NCBI GenBank assembly: GCA_002633005.1
Contig: NMRA01000354.1
Location: forward strand, 391,298 to 455,297
Direction: 5' to 3'
DNA: 64,000 nt
Source: Phoronis australis
Lineage: Eukaryota > Animalia > Phoronida
In this document: one piece after another, positions 24,201-37,200 of the stretch
Layout of the letters: the number at the start of each line of letters is the position of its first letter
Numbering within the stretch: position 1 is the first letter of the stretch
Notes under the pieces: model-generated
What the model was told of the DNA's origin: nothing
The model's database searches: none
The model's input: only the letters and a program-made list of their open reading frames with translations
Made by a program: the position numbers and the translations under genes

Positions 24201-27200
24201 ATATGTAAATTACATTATACACATCTGGTACTCAAGATACGTCTTATTGGTTGGATTTTGTGACCACCACTTCAATAATTCATTGCATTTTTCTACGACG
24301 CTCTTTGGCCATCTGGTGTTGAAAATTCCGAATTTTTTTAAAAAATACCTTCAAAAAGGTATACATAGGATTGTTTGAGCCCTAAAAGTACGTAGAATAC
24401 AGGTAAATCTGCAACAGCAGGTAGTCCTACATCTGGCAATACATATCATAAAAGCAATGCAACACTTTTTCGACGAATTCAGTGTGGATATCTAAGGAAC
24501 ACAATAAAAACATGACGGAAATCTGAAAAACGGACGCAACAAAAAAAGGGAAATGTAGTCAATTTCATCACAAGAGAATCTTAGAAATTTTCTAGTACTT
24601 ACAATTTAGCATCTTTAAAGGATCTGACTAATATCTGATCCTTCTTGAGATCTGTACTGTGGGCACTGGACAGCACAGCCAACCCTGGGTACCAGGTTCT
24701 CCTTTTATCTCCCACTTCTATGATGAGGGTCTTTCCAACAAATGCGTCTCTCCTCGTCCTCGGCGTCCTCTTCTTCGCCAACTGTGTTTCTTCATCAGAT
24801 GAACTGTCCTCTGAATCATCGCCACTGCTGCACAGATGAAGATAACTAGTGATTGTTGATAATTAACCTCCACAAATGTTTTAAAGTGATAATATCAATG
24901 AGAAAAGCGGTTTTCTGAAATTAGCCCCCAATGCAGATTTGAACCTGGCCAAATGCTCAGCCGACGAGTTAAATCACACAAGATAAATGACAGTATTATG
25001 AATGTATTTAAATAATAAACACATCTGCACTGGTTTCAGCGAATGGTTGGCAGAAGTCAGAGAAAATTGGTCATTTGTGACAAAATCACACAAACACAGT
25101 GTATTTTATTGTTTTACAGGTTTTTCTTTAAATCCAACAATTCCAAAAATGTATTTTCGGCCATAAAAATGACAATGTCCCTTTCAGGCGATTCAGAAGC
25201 ATTTACTACAAAGAATGATGTTTGAAGAAGTGAAAGTACACAAGCGATTTTTTTGCTTGCCTAATGTTGACTGCCACTAGACATATGTATTAAAAATTAA
25301 CCATGCATGCACACTGATTTTCAATACCACTAAATGGCGATTAAAGTTTTTTTTATTTTTTCAAAAACATTTCATGTGACAAGAATTGAAAGCCCCTACG
25401 CAGCAACATCTTTGAAAATCACTGCTCAGGTGCATGTTTTGGTTGGAACCCTTGTTTTGTTTCTTTTTGATGTGTCAAGTTAATGTTCCTATTTGCGCGT
25501 GATATAACCCTGGACGAATGCAGATCATTCACCCTAACTACCTCGACTTATTGCGGTTTGAAGATTGCGATATCGGCTTGAACTATTAGCGCTGTGTTAC
25601 CGTTTAAGAAAGGATAATTTAGATTAACACGTGATGAGGATTTCAAATAAACAATGGCAGTACGTAAATAAACAAGATAGTAGGACTGCGTATAGAAATG
25701 TTACCAGTAACATTGCAGGCAGGTAAGAGTTCCAAAACACAACCTTAACCCAAGAACATTTCTGAAGAACTACAACATTATTAGCCTTGGTACAAAGCTG
25801 TATACTAAATATACAGCTTTGCACCGATGTGGGTAAAAAAGTGGTAAGATGAAATCTGACACAAAATTAGTGTCATTAAAAACTAGTCTTCCTTGAGTAA
25901 ACAAAATTATTTAACGGTGTTGGAAAAAATGGCGTTCTACCGTTATTCTGCTGCTAAAGTTGCGGAACGATCTTTAGCTACGGCTTTCGGCGCCATGAAG
26001 TATTGCGTCACCTATTGGCCAGTTTCTTCTTTCGCCGATTCTTCAATCAACTGTTGTTCTTTCACGAGCTTGCGTACACATCAAAACAAATTATTGGACC
26101 TGGTTTCACTTCATTATAAATTTTTAGAATTTCGATACCGAAAAATCGAGTTTCAGATCAAATTTTGCTGCTGCGAAGTTGTCGCAAAAATTTAGGAAAT
26201 GGCGAGTGCGCCTGACAGGAGCGTATTGTTTTCAAAACGACGACATACTTTTCATTGTTAGAAAAGGCGGAGAGTTACGCTAGAAAACAACGTTTATTGC
26301 ATTGTTTTTCACTTAAACGGCTGTAACGGGCAAGGTGAGTGTCGGTTGATTTCCAGATTTTGCATGGACCCCATCTGGTCATTAGCTTCACATGTTGATA
26401 CAAGTTTCACGTGAGGTGACGAGCAGACGTACCCTGGCTGTGGGCAATTTCGGGGTCTACGGAAGAAATACACAGTGGCACTAGCTGTACTTTGACAATA
26501 GTCTTCATACAGCTAGCTGGCTGGCTACGACAACATAAGAATACCCTATGCATACCCAAGTGCAGAGTTCCCCCTTCCTGATCGCCTACGCTTCCTGTCC
26601 TGGTTTGGATCTCTCTCCTGAACCACTGGTGTGCCAAAGTGTTCTGGGTGGGTCAAAGGTAGCTGGTCAAGTGTCTCACTCTCCATGAAGTGCTTGTCAC
26701 CTTTCGGGCACAGCTGTGTTCTTCTTAAGGTAGCCACATCCCCGTCATCAAAAACTGTAATGTGTGAGAGAAAATCAACAACCAAAGAAAATAAGAATCC
26801 AAGCGAGAGTTTGTTGTGAAGTTGCAACATTTGTCTCGAATACCAAAGTCATTTTTTCTCCAAACTGCACACACTACCACCTACATTACTTACTACGGGT
26901 GACCTCAAACACAAAAATGTCTTCATTGTACATGGCGACTTGTACCATTTAATCAACAGCAACACATTCTAGATTATTTTAGAAGTTCAAGGACAATTGT
27001 TCATCAAGCTGCCTGATTGTAGGACGCCTAAAAGCTGGGTTGGATGCATTGGAGTAAATATAAAAACATATAACGACACTGTTGCATCTCATAGAACTAG
27101 ATGAACCAAGTGAGCGCTACTCACCGACAGTGTAGGTGCTGGCATCATTAAGACGATTGATGACCGCAGTCTCATAGGCACCAGTTTCTTCCCTTTTGGC

Positions 27201-28711
27201 TTCAACTTCTGCACCAATCTAAAGAAGAATACAAACATAGTAAACTTTTACATCAACCGAGTGATCAATATTTCACAAGGATAGGATCTAAAGCTCTCAC
27301 AGTTTGTGTGTTACAGAATTCTCCAGTTGCGATTTTGTAAAATAACTGGGGACATTTCGTGGTAGACCATCAGGCTAGATCATGACTTCAGCACGGGAGT
27401 ACTCCAAGAGGAAATAGTGGAGCATAAAAAATGTTTGTATCGAGGGCAGGAAGACTATCAAAAAGCGGTCATACACAGAGCGAGAGTTAATTCATGGAGG
27501 GTGCTGCACCATGTTTGAATATTTTGCACCATCTTTGGAAATCTTAAGTCATGTTTTTCTAGTTTCAAGCCAAATAATTGAAACTGTGTTCCATAGCAGT
27601 ACGTTTTATATTACTTAGCAATGGAAATGACAATGACGTGCACAGCAAGTGAAAATGATGTATAACTGAAGTTGTTTTCATGAAGTAACAGCAAGGAAGA
27701 TGACTATGAGAAAAACATCACACGAAATTTAGATATTTTTCTTTTGTCCAAGGACACATATCTCACCTTAAGAGGCCCTTTGACAAATTCATCAGGAATC
27801 ACTACGGCCACATTGCTCTCTTTGAAAGTCACTCTGCACTTCACCAAGCGGACAACTTTACTAACTTTTGCTTCACAGAATGCACCCTTATATTTTGCAC
27901 TGACTTCAGTCCCCACTTGCAAGGACGGGGGATCACTGTTTGCCTGAAAATAAAGCCAGGGTATTCTCAATATCAAAAAAGATGAATATGTGAGGATGGA
28001 TAACTTTGGCATTAGTTAGTTGTCCCTGATTTTGATTACTTGGGTGAGAAAGGGGCATAATTCTGATGAGTCACATCCTGTTATAATGTGGAAGAAACAC
28101 TCATTGAATAACCATTTGTTAAATGGCAAACCATAGTACAAATCCAGAAAAACAAAGCTAAAGAAAGAACATCACAGCTCTGGACATGAATAATATTTAA
28201 AAAGTACTGTCTGAGGCAATTTTTCACTGCCTGCATGTTTATTTCACATTTGAAGCATTATTCTGTTTATATTTCAATGACTTGTCTGGTCTTCTAATTA
28301 ACTGTATGAAAGACGGGTACACATAAAAGGCTACAGGAAATTTTATGTGAGAAATAACGTTTAGTCAGCTGGCTGACCTACTACGTAAGGTGTACTTCAA
28401 CCATCAATTTTCAGGTTCGACAGTTCGAAACTTGCAACATGACATGAAATAATACCAATGTCGAGACGTTTCGTTTCAAGTTCCAAGTAACTTTTCCACA
28501 GTTTATTTACCCACTGACGTAAAGACGATGACAACTTCGAACCAATTCATCAAACATCAACAAAATGGCTTTTTCAGAAAGTCAGTAAAGGTGTTACAAA
28601 GTGGGGCGAATTCACAGCTGATCAAAAAACAGCTTCATCTTGTGAATGAGAATGGTTGAAAGTCATCGGTGAAATTTCCCAAACAGAAACATAAAAACAC
28701 AACTTTACCAT
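6283..28711 (-). CDS. ARID4: AT-rich interactive domain protein 4 (ARID4A/B, RBP1-like Sin3-HDAC subunit). Exons 28709-28711, 27767-27943, 27125-27218, 26556-26754, 24603-24827, 23644-23830, 23009-23271, 22048-22225, [A 19956-20402, B 19399-19632, C 18771-18886; second copy A' 16417-16863, B' 15860-16093, C' 14848-14963], 12982-13167, 12002-12257, 11265-11454, 10361-10426, 9692-9849, 7500-8721, 7043-7183, 6695-6892, 6283-6320
   Basis: N-terminal Tudor region ([24 protein letters not shown]...TYTVVFDDGD), RBB1NT region ([10 protein letters not shown]), ARID ([20 protein letters not shown]), chromobarrel ([16 protein letters not shown]) and C-terminal coiled coil ([31 protein letters not shown]). 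With one A-B-C copy the exons sum to 4578 nt, in frame. Confidence 0.93.
8997..9540. mobile_element. Non-autonomous DNA transposon with TTAA target site (Kolobok-like AG...CT termini)
   Basis: TTAA|AGAGACATGGAACGCGAA ... TTGCGTTCCAGGCCTCT|TTAA; imperfect TIRs of about 18 bp. Confidence 0.75.
10535..10940. mobile_element. TTAA-flanked DNA transposon remnant between two identical 30-bp direct repeats
   Basis: ttaaagatgaaagagagataactccttaaa at 10506-10535 and 10941-10970; weak TIR agccttacttcatcgg / ccggtgcagatgggct. Confidence 0.6.
12426..12727. mobile_element. MITE with 16-bp TIRs beginning CAGTG (hAT-like termini; TSD unresolved)
   Basis: cagtgttctccacaac ... gtcgtggagaacactg (1 mismatch). 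Confidence 0.65.
13795..14385. repeat. Interspersed element with about four internal subrepeats of ~140 bp and a (GACA/GACG)n end; duplicated at 17043-17540
   Basis: Repeated unit aaaactaaaa..acagtagccaaatc..ctggtgc..aaatttcatcatgatcc; ends in gacagaccgactgacggacag. Confidence 0.7.
15590..15858. repeat. ~60-bp minisatellite built from the ARID4 exon-B donor region (second copy 19140-19398)
   Basis: About five units of acaacataa(c/t)gc(c/t)gctagcccctcccactcac; the last unit contains the true GTGAGT donor. Confidence 0.85.
17849..18640 (+). mobile_element. ~0.8-kb insertion present only in duplicate copy 2, with a THAP-like ORF remnant
   Basis: Absent from the homologous position near 14710 in copy 1. 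From 18336 it reads [16 protein letters not shown]. Confidence 0.55.
25900..26530 (+). repeat. Interspersed repeat; second diverged copy at about 52870-53390
   Basis: Both copies share cgtcacctattgg..tcaactgtt..acaaattat..cacttaaa..ggctggcta collinearly. Confidence 0.7.
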
Positions 28712-28859
28712 GATCCACGCCGCGATGAGTCTTCCGTGTGCTTTCTCACTTAATTACAATACTAAAAGTGAGAAGTAGATTAAGACAATTTAGAAAACTG
28801 TCCAAATTTCTGTCAGCATAACATATTGCAGGGCACTCGGCCTGTTCGGAACAACAACC

Positions 28860-29160
28860 TGTATTGGGGGTCCTTGTACGCGATTGGTCAGTTTACCCGG
28901 AAATTTCCCAGAATACACATCGAGCGCATGCTCCTTCATCCGAAAATGGCGGTCGCCAACCCCGACATGTCACTGTCTTTGTTGTGAGTTTTCTTGTACG
29001 CTTTGGTTAAATATTTTGACCGATTACGTTCAGTTATCTTCAAAGTTATTTGGTTAAGCAAGGAGTAAAGTTTTCCTAAAATTTAAATGTGCTGTTTGCT
29101 CACAATCAATGTTACAAGAATTCTTGAGGTGACCGCCATGACCCGGAAGTAATAACACAA
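28860..29160. promoter_or_regulatory. ARID4 promoter, probably bidirectional
   Basis: CCAAT (gattgg 28882), ETS ccggaa (28897), NRF1-like gcgcatgc (about 28924), YY1 aaaatggcgg (28943), and a second ccgccat/ccggaagt pair near 29134-29150, just upstream of the ARID4 ATG. Confidence 0.6.
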
Positions 29161-29618
29161 TAACGTGACCTAAATTGCGTCTATATAGGTCACACGTGTT
29201 ATGGACTTGTCAACAGAGATCCTTGACAGGCTTTAGTAATATTAAAACTTTTCAAATTCTCAGATGGACATTTTAAAAAAATTACATCCGTAGACTCAGG
29301 TCATTGTTTTCGTAACTCTTTTTTAACAGTAAACGTTAGGTAAGCTCTATTGTGGTCTGTTATGTGTATTTTCTTCAAGTACCCATTTATCGGTTACAAC
29401 ACAGGCACCTTTGGGCTTTGGCTTTGATCAGCCCTCAATGGGGATATACTATAATAAAGAGATAAGTGAGCCAAATTACGTATACACAGGTACTTGTTTC
29501 ATGTAAGGGTAATATTTTTATCCAATTAAAAGGTTAATATACATCAAACTGTAACAATCATTCAACAGGAGCACGTCAGAAAACAAAATGTGTAGTGGAT
29601 ATGTACTGTAATATGTAA
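28946..29618 (+). other. Candidate divergent spliced transcript (65-aa ORF or lncRNA). Exons 28946-28983, 29380-29489, 29569-29618
   Basis: Strong Kozak context aaaATGG; donors gtgagt and gtactt; acceptors ttcaag and caacag; in-frame join. No recognised homology. Confidence 0.3.
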
Positions 29619-31248
29619 AATACCAGTGTTGTTTGACAACCATTACTTGAAGCTACACACAGCACTACAGGTTTGAATGTCTGAGTGGAACTATATTAGT
29701 TTTTTTTTTTACTGTGCTAGCGTCTTAAACTTTACACTCCATGAGCGAGACAAAATTAATTATAGCTTGTACAACTTACCAAACGTCTTTATTGCAGTCA
29801 GAGAACCTAGAGCTTTATAGTAATAATGCCATTTCATTGTTATTTAGCACATAATGGTGATGTAAAGCAGATCCTTTTAATTTCCCAGCAGCACAATTAT
29901 CTGGGATTTCACACAGGCTGGCTAATGATGCCTGCCTCAAGAATCTTGTATTTCTCATTCGATAGATATCTGCATACTATAAATATAACTTGCAATTGTC
30001 TGCTCATTAATTAACTGTAGGCAGATGGTGAAAAAACAATATTATAACACTTATTTTCCAAGACAAATTTAAAGATTCTTCCAATTCTTTTGCCAAGTTG
30101 AAAAGCCAATTCATCAATGTCAACTTGTATTTATGTGGCATGATTATGCATTTTGAAATGTTTGACTGTACGTCTGAAGTATTTTTGTCGATGAATTTCA
30201 GGTTGTCAACAAAAATGAAACTTAAAATTTAAGCAACGTGAAAGACGCCATGATATTGATATATTTATTTACACTTGTTTGTTATGCAATTGCTTGTTCA
30301 TAAACACATGCTCTTCAGTAATTTACACTATGGTACATACAGACCAGTAAAAACATTAGACAATGCATTGCCCTTTAGTGTGTCATAAGTATAAGCCAGC
30401 AGAGGTGACTCTTGATTTAACACCAGTATATACACAACAGGATAGTATGCAAAACCAGAGAATATACAATAGCCTTTTTCTCATTGAGATTAACTGCCCA
30501 TTCTGTCCAACCATCCTATGTGTAATCAAGCAATGTACAACATGCAAGGCAAGTGTCAATCATGCTGACAAAAACTGTCAGAGTATTAAGAACAAGGCTG
30601 TGGCAAGTGACTTGTCATTCTAAATAGTGTCACTGAGCTATGTACAGCATGTGCAAGTGTCAATTCTGAGAACTAAAAATATTGAACTGTTATGAATAAA
30701 GCTGACGGTATACATTGGGGAGAGAACATTTGCCCCAACGTGTGCAATCGTGTCCATGTAGTGCCTAGACATGACTAGTTACATTACATATGCATTTGAA
30801 TACAACTAAGATGTACCAGAAAGTGCTTGGTTCATCTCATTACAGTCCAGCTATCACAGATTTAACCCTCACCCCCTGGTCATCACTCATTGTCCTTCAT
30901 ATTAATTATTCTACAAATTTGACACTTTCCCCGACATTGTATTTTTAACTTACTGTATGAAATCAAGTGATGTTAGAGGATGGCAAGGCTTTTTGAGGAA
31001 TTATAGGGAGTAGACAAGGTATGTGCAAAAGTTTACTGTCTGACTAACAAGTTTTGATATTTTAAACATTTTGTGATAATTACCTTCCAACTGCTAGTTC
31101 GTTAGTAGTATTTTTGAAAGAAACCAGGAAACTAAGCATTCAGCCCGTTTGAAATGCAACTGTCAGATTTGTTAACACCACCTAATTAGCACGTTCGTAT
31201 TTCAACAACACAAGATTTTTCCAAGAAATATTCTTCTCTAGTAGCTAT

Positions 31249-34200
31249 TTACATAAGGTTGAAGATACTATTAGAATTAAACGTATTGCTGCGTTCCAGG
31301 CGAGGTTTCTTTGCTTGTGGAGGTTTTGGGCCTTCATTCATACTCCTTGAACGCTGAACCTGCAAAAATAATTAATCCTTAACAACCCAAGTTTATTATC
31401 ACGTTTTAAAGATAGAGTCAATCATGGGCATAATGATCACTAGTGAATTTATTACACGAAAGTAAGGTTTCCGATATTGCCTAGAGGTGGTGCTGGTGCA
31501 CTAAAAGAATTATGTATTTTACTATTTGACTTATTTGATTTGATATTGGATTTTCCATGAGATTTTGGTTAAAATTGCTTCCAATGATCTAAAGAGTGAA
31601 ATGGATAATTTGGAGATTTTAAAAGTTGCATTTAGAGTCAAAATTGAAATGAAACCTGCTACAGTTATTTCAGTACTGTAAAAGCAAAATGTATTGAGTA
31701 TCCTATCAGTGAGAAGGATTGCATGAAATCTAAACACTGCGGGACATGCTGGTTCATTCTCATATCTTAAAGGTTCAGGCAAGCACAGTGAGTTCAGGTC
31801 GACATTGTGTAAGAGATAAATTGTCAAAACGACATGTCTTTGTCCACACACGCATGTTAAAAACCTTGAAAAATAACTAAAACCAACAGAAATTTATGAC
31901 AAAGTAAACATTTCGCTTCAACTTTCTTAATTTCATCACAGTAACATGAAAGACGAGACAGCAATAGTCACATACAATTGTCCCGAATTTTGAGAGCAAG
32001 TTAGTTGCTCGTTATTCAATGGAGAAAACTGGTTCTCAGAACGTGGAACTCCTGTGACGATTACCGAAAAAACGACTCACTAACCCATACCTTGGGTTTT
32101 TCTTCCTTTTTCTCATCTGGTGAGGCCACAGTGAACACAAAATTACGAGAATTTTTGGCTTTATTCAAATTGAGACTGGTTTTGGTGACCTCGCTAATCT
32201 TAGCCAGCGCCTCTTTTGACCGTGTCAAGAAGGATCCTTTTCTCGATTGCTGCAAGTTAAAGGAAAACAAATTCATATATTATGTATTGAATTTGAGTAC
32301 AGATTGACTTACAGTTGAGAAAATGTCAAACCAGTATTCACACCTGGTTTTGGAAAGAAAAAAAGATGAAACACATTCTATATGCTGGATTTTATAAATC
32401 TTTATCACAGATAACTTTGACATCAGCCTTTGATGAGAGTTGTGTTAAGAGTTAAAAATATCCACAATAACAAATACATTCATTGCAAAATACTACGTTT
32501 TGCTTTCTGGGCTATAAAACATGAGCAGGTTCTGGTTAAGTTTCTGACAAGCCTCGGAACATGCAATAAGACAAAACTGTCGCAAAATGACCAATTATGC
32601 AAAATTTTACATCTTCGTGTACTGGACGTTGGTGTTNTACAACTCTAGTAGTCGCATCATTTGGTTTGCTTATTGAGAAGAATTTTGATAGGACAGTAAC
32701 GTCACTTATTTTGCTATTGATTTCAAAGAATTTCACCTAGTACACAAAGGATACCAAAGCATATCTTTCTTGGCTAAAAAACCCAAATAACAAAAATTTT
32801 AAGAAAATTGTAATGGGTGATAAGTCAATAAATTTATGTTCGACATATGTACCAAATGATATGAAATACATGCGTCACAAACTTGTTACCAGAGATGGAA
32901 AGGAGACCAAGGTTGGCGAAATAAGCCATAAGCACAACAAAATACAAAATTAATACATAGGGATGAAAATAAAATACAATATGTAAAAAAGTTATCTCTG
33001 GTAAATTGGACAATAAAAAAATATTGAAGTAAGCTCATGCCCATCCACAGGGACATACAGGAACAGTATGGGAGGAAATTGATGAAAGTAGAGAGCTATT
33101 TACAGAATGCTGATTAAGACAAAATTTCAGCCTTTGCATTGAACACATTGATGAAAGGCATTTACCAACATCACTGAAGTTATTTTTATTCACTTATTCT
33201 GCTTTGTGTAACTAAAATTAAATACTAAGCATTGGCAAATAAAGAAATATTTAAGTCAAACTTACAGATAACGAGAACACAGTTTTGTGAGTTGGCGTGC
33301 CGTTTGTGTTCTCTGACCTATTTTCCTTCAAAGATTTATCTCTCTGCGACGACTTTGTTTGGAAGACTTTGGAGCCCAGCTTGATAATTTGACTGTCTTC
33401 TTCCAACGCCCCTTTTTCCTATAAATGCAAATGAATTATTTGTACTGGGTTTTATCAAACTAGAGTATTTTTTAGTTCCAAATTTTAAATTGCAGGTGGG
33501 CAAATAAACATTTGTTTATAAGCAGATTATTTAGCCAATCCATCTCAACTGAAATTATTTCCGTACAACAGATTTGAAAATACAGGTAGTATAGTGCAAA
33601 TCTGCAATATATCCGTTAAAAATACAATCGTATTAGTGAGGAAAATCCCATTTTCGCCTGATGGTGCGAGGAACAAGATTTAGAGAATGCCTGTGTTTCT
33701 ATCCAAAAGCCTTTGACTATTTTCTCAGCCAAAAGTAACAAAAGCAAAACAAAGCAGTGAAATATGCCCACAGTAGCGCTTCTATGGGTGTTTTAGTATC
33801 CCAAAAATGGCCATTAGATGGCGCAGAATGCGTCAAACCCTTCCCAGTTGAGAAGGCAGTGCCGTCACTTTAATACACACTATTTGACAAATTTCATGAA
33901 AATAAGCCATGGAACTCCTGAGATTTAGAGGCAAAAGTAAAAACAATTGACTCTAGGAGGCACAGTTACAGTCTGGTCTGAAACTCGTCATCATCTGTTG
34001 CCATGTTTATAGGAGCCTCTCTGCCAAATTCCGCTAAGGGTTAAGGGGATACAGCCGTAGACGCAAAACTGCCCCTAGGGGCACCAGAATAGTAGAAAAC
34101 GTCAGAAAATCAATGTCAGCCTGGGTCATCACATAAGGAACACAACCATCAATTTTCACAATGATCCTACGAGTGGTTTGGCAGATGGAGAGGGAGACGT

Positions 34201-37200
34201 CAAAAGCATACCCAAAACTTTTCAAATGGTTTCCAGGTGGTACGGAAAACATCAAATTTTCAAACTGATCCTTTTAAGCGATATGGCAGATAGGGAGGCG
34301 GATGCCAGAAAACGGACGCAAAAATAACAAAAATGGCTAGCAGGTGACACAGGAAACGTCAAATCTGTCCGAAAATGGGAAGGCATTGTCATCATAATAA
34401 AAACCTATATGACGAATTTCTTAAAATATGTCATTGAATTTTTTACGCAAAATTGTATCACATTCATTACACCATATATTAAATGTCAATTGTCATATAG
34501 TGTTTGATTTTACTTTATTTCTGTTTCTGTTGACAAAGGACGTTATTGCATCCGAAAATTTCAGTTGACCCATTCTTGTTGTTTTATTTACCTATTTATA
34601 TTCTACATTTCGTGAAACAATAGTATCCTTGGGAGGATCTGGATCGCCTTATTTAGTTTCAGATTTATTTTCTACGTTATGAAAATACATAAATGAACTC
34701 CAAAGATACGTAAAAAAATTTGCAACTAGGGGACACAGTGGAATTTGGATCAATTCGACACTCATTACTGGTTGTCGTCTGCTCCATAGGAATACATCTT
34801 TCAAATTTCACACATCTCCTTCAATAGTTTAAGGAGATTCGGCTGCAGACGCAAAAAATACAAAATTGCCACTAGGGGGCGACACAGTAGTCGGACTTGT
34901 ATGAAAGTGAATGTCTGTTGTGACCTTCTCATAAGCAACACATCTGTAAATTTTCATAATGATCCTTTGAGTGGTATGGCAAAAGATCGAGAGGCGGATG
35001 CCAGAAAACGGACACAAAAATAACAAAAATGGCCACAAGGCATTGCCGCTTCCTTATTAAAAACCTATTTGCCGAATATCATGAAAATGCATCAAGGAAT
35101 TCCGAAGATACAAACTGAGGCTAGCGTAAAAAACTAACACTGCCAGTAGGGGGCACAACAGTATTCCGATCTGTCCAACACTCGTCATTTTTGTCGTCAG
35201 CAGCATAGGAACACACCTGCCAAAACTAAATAAGATCCTGCAAAGAGTTTAGGAGACACAGCTCCGGACGAGGACGACAATATAACTTCACATAAGCCTG
35301 CCTTGGGTAACAACTCGTAGAACACTAGCGCCTCCTATTGGCCTCACCTGTGCTTCTGCCAGCCACTGCTCCCGCGCCAGTCTCTCCACTCGCCAGCTTG
35401 TCTCTTCTTCAGGTTCCTCCACTACCTCGTCATCTGACGTGTTCTTGAATAAGTCACTGGACATGTCTTCATCTGAAGAATACATAATAGAGAATTATCC
35501 ATAGACGTCTTCCTCAGAAGAAGGCGTTATGAAGAGCAATATGTCTTCATCAGGAGGATAGGTTGTGAAGAATTATCTATAGACCATGTCTTCATCAGAA
35601 GATAAAAATGTGAAGAATTATCTATGAAACATGTCTTTATCTGAAGAACTACCTCGGGATCACATCCTCATTATTAGAACAGAACATTAGTCACGACTTC
35701 TGGTGGTGATAAATTTAAAAATAAAAGTGATGCAATGTCAGCACGTAATTCCAAAACTTCCACTTTTTCTGAAAAAAATCAAGCTGACTTGAAATTTAAA
35801 ACAAAGGTATAAAACACCCATGACTGTATGGCAGTGATTCCAGGTAACATTCGCGAGCTGGTTGAAAAACAAATTTACTTTCAGTCCAATTGTGCGCGTT
35901 GCTATACCTATGTTTGCCCAGCGGAACTTCCTTGTTCTTTTGTTGTCAGAATGGAGGTCGCCATCTGCCAGGAACATTTCTTGCATCAGTCTTATTTCAC
36001 GCTTGTCCTCATCAAACGCCTGCTTCCTGATAATTCATGACAAGAAGGAATCAGCATTGCAGTCAGTTAGCCAACCCTTAAATAGGGTTGGAAGTGCACA
36101 CAGTGAAAGCGTACGATCAAGTGCTATACACATCACACTCAAATTACACATCAAATATTATTCTGCACACTTCGAAATTGTGATCACGTGAACACATTTA
36201 TCTTAAGAAATAATACAGCGAATATAACTGCTCGGAAGTCAAGCCCTTCGAGAGAACTTATTCATTCGAAGATTTGATTTTTTATTTTTCGCTTGTCACT
36301 GCGCCAACTGAATTTTTCAACCTACCACTGAACTCATGGACTGAAGCATTCACTGGGCTCATTGGATGGCATTCGGGTCACTACACGACATCATTAGGTC
36401 AAAAACTGAGTTCACAAGATGGCAGATAATTTGATTTGCTGTTGTTAGAGGAAGGTAAAAAGAGGCAAAATATAGCCGGAAGATCGTTTGCGGTTTTCTA
36501 AACGTGTCAATAGAAAGCGAATTTGTTAGTACTAACACACTTAACAAAAATTTTCCTCCCATTCTTTTGGTTTATATCCATTTCACCAAATGGTGAAAAG
36601 CCCTATGGTGGAACTTCAGCTCTGTTTAAGAGCTGAGTATTAGCTACATCAGGTCTTCTACAACTATTCTGGATCACAAATCATATAAATTTTTAACCTG
36701 GAAAAACAGTGCACTTTAAGGTTAGTTTTTGTTGAAACGTAATTACTGGTTCATTTCCTATACACCACCTATTAACGAACAATTGTGACTTTGAGGTTTG
36801 AAGCCTGCATTGACGACAAAAGCTGTGGCTGCTAGATTACAGCTGTGTCCAGCAGGTGGCATGCAAGACATTAGACAACACTTCTAGTTACATCAATGAT
36901 CGCATTCTTGATACAGACGTGATTTCTTAAATAGAAGAGAAGCCTAGTTTCAAGAAAATTGAAGCGAACAACAAATGTCCAGCTTTGTCATGCCCCTGAA
37001 TTACTTTCAATGCAGTAGCTTTAAAACATACAAAAGTTTCTCATTGAAAATCAACAAAATTTTGGACGTAAATCTTTGACCAAATCTGTTAACTTTGCCA
37101 TGAAGAGACATAAGTAATACCGCATTATTTCCACACCGTCCGGCGTTGTTGAATCAGCTGGAAATAAAAAGCCCCATCTGAGCATGCAGGTATGCTATTA

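Noticed and set aside
28946-30250. GGPS1 ortholog expected head-to-head with ARID4
   Set aside because: No prenyltransferase (DDxxD) coding sequence was found and there is too little space before the Claspin 3' UTR.
30965-31045. Possible C/D snoRNA (gtgatgt...ctga)
   Set aside because: The box C is imperfect, there is no terminal stem or recognisable guide, and it is antisense to the Claspin 3' UTR.
32637-32637. Second 'n' base
   Set aside because: No duplicated flanks are visible; treated as a simple ambiguity or contig join.
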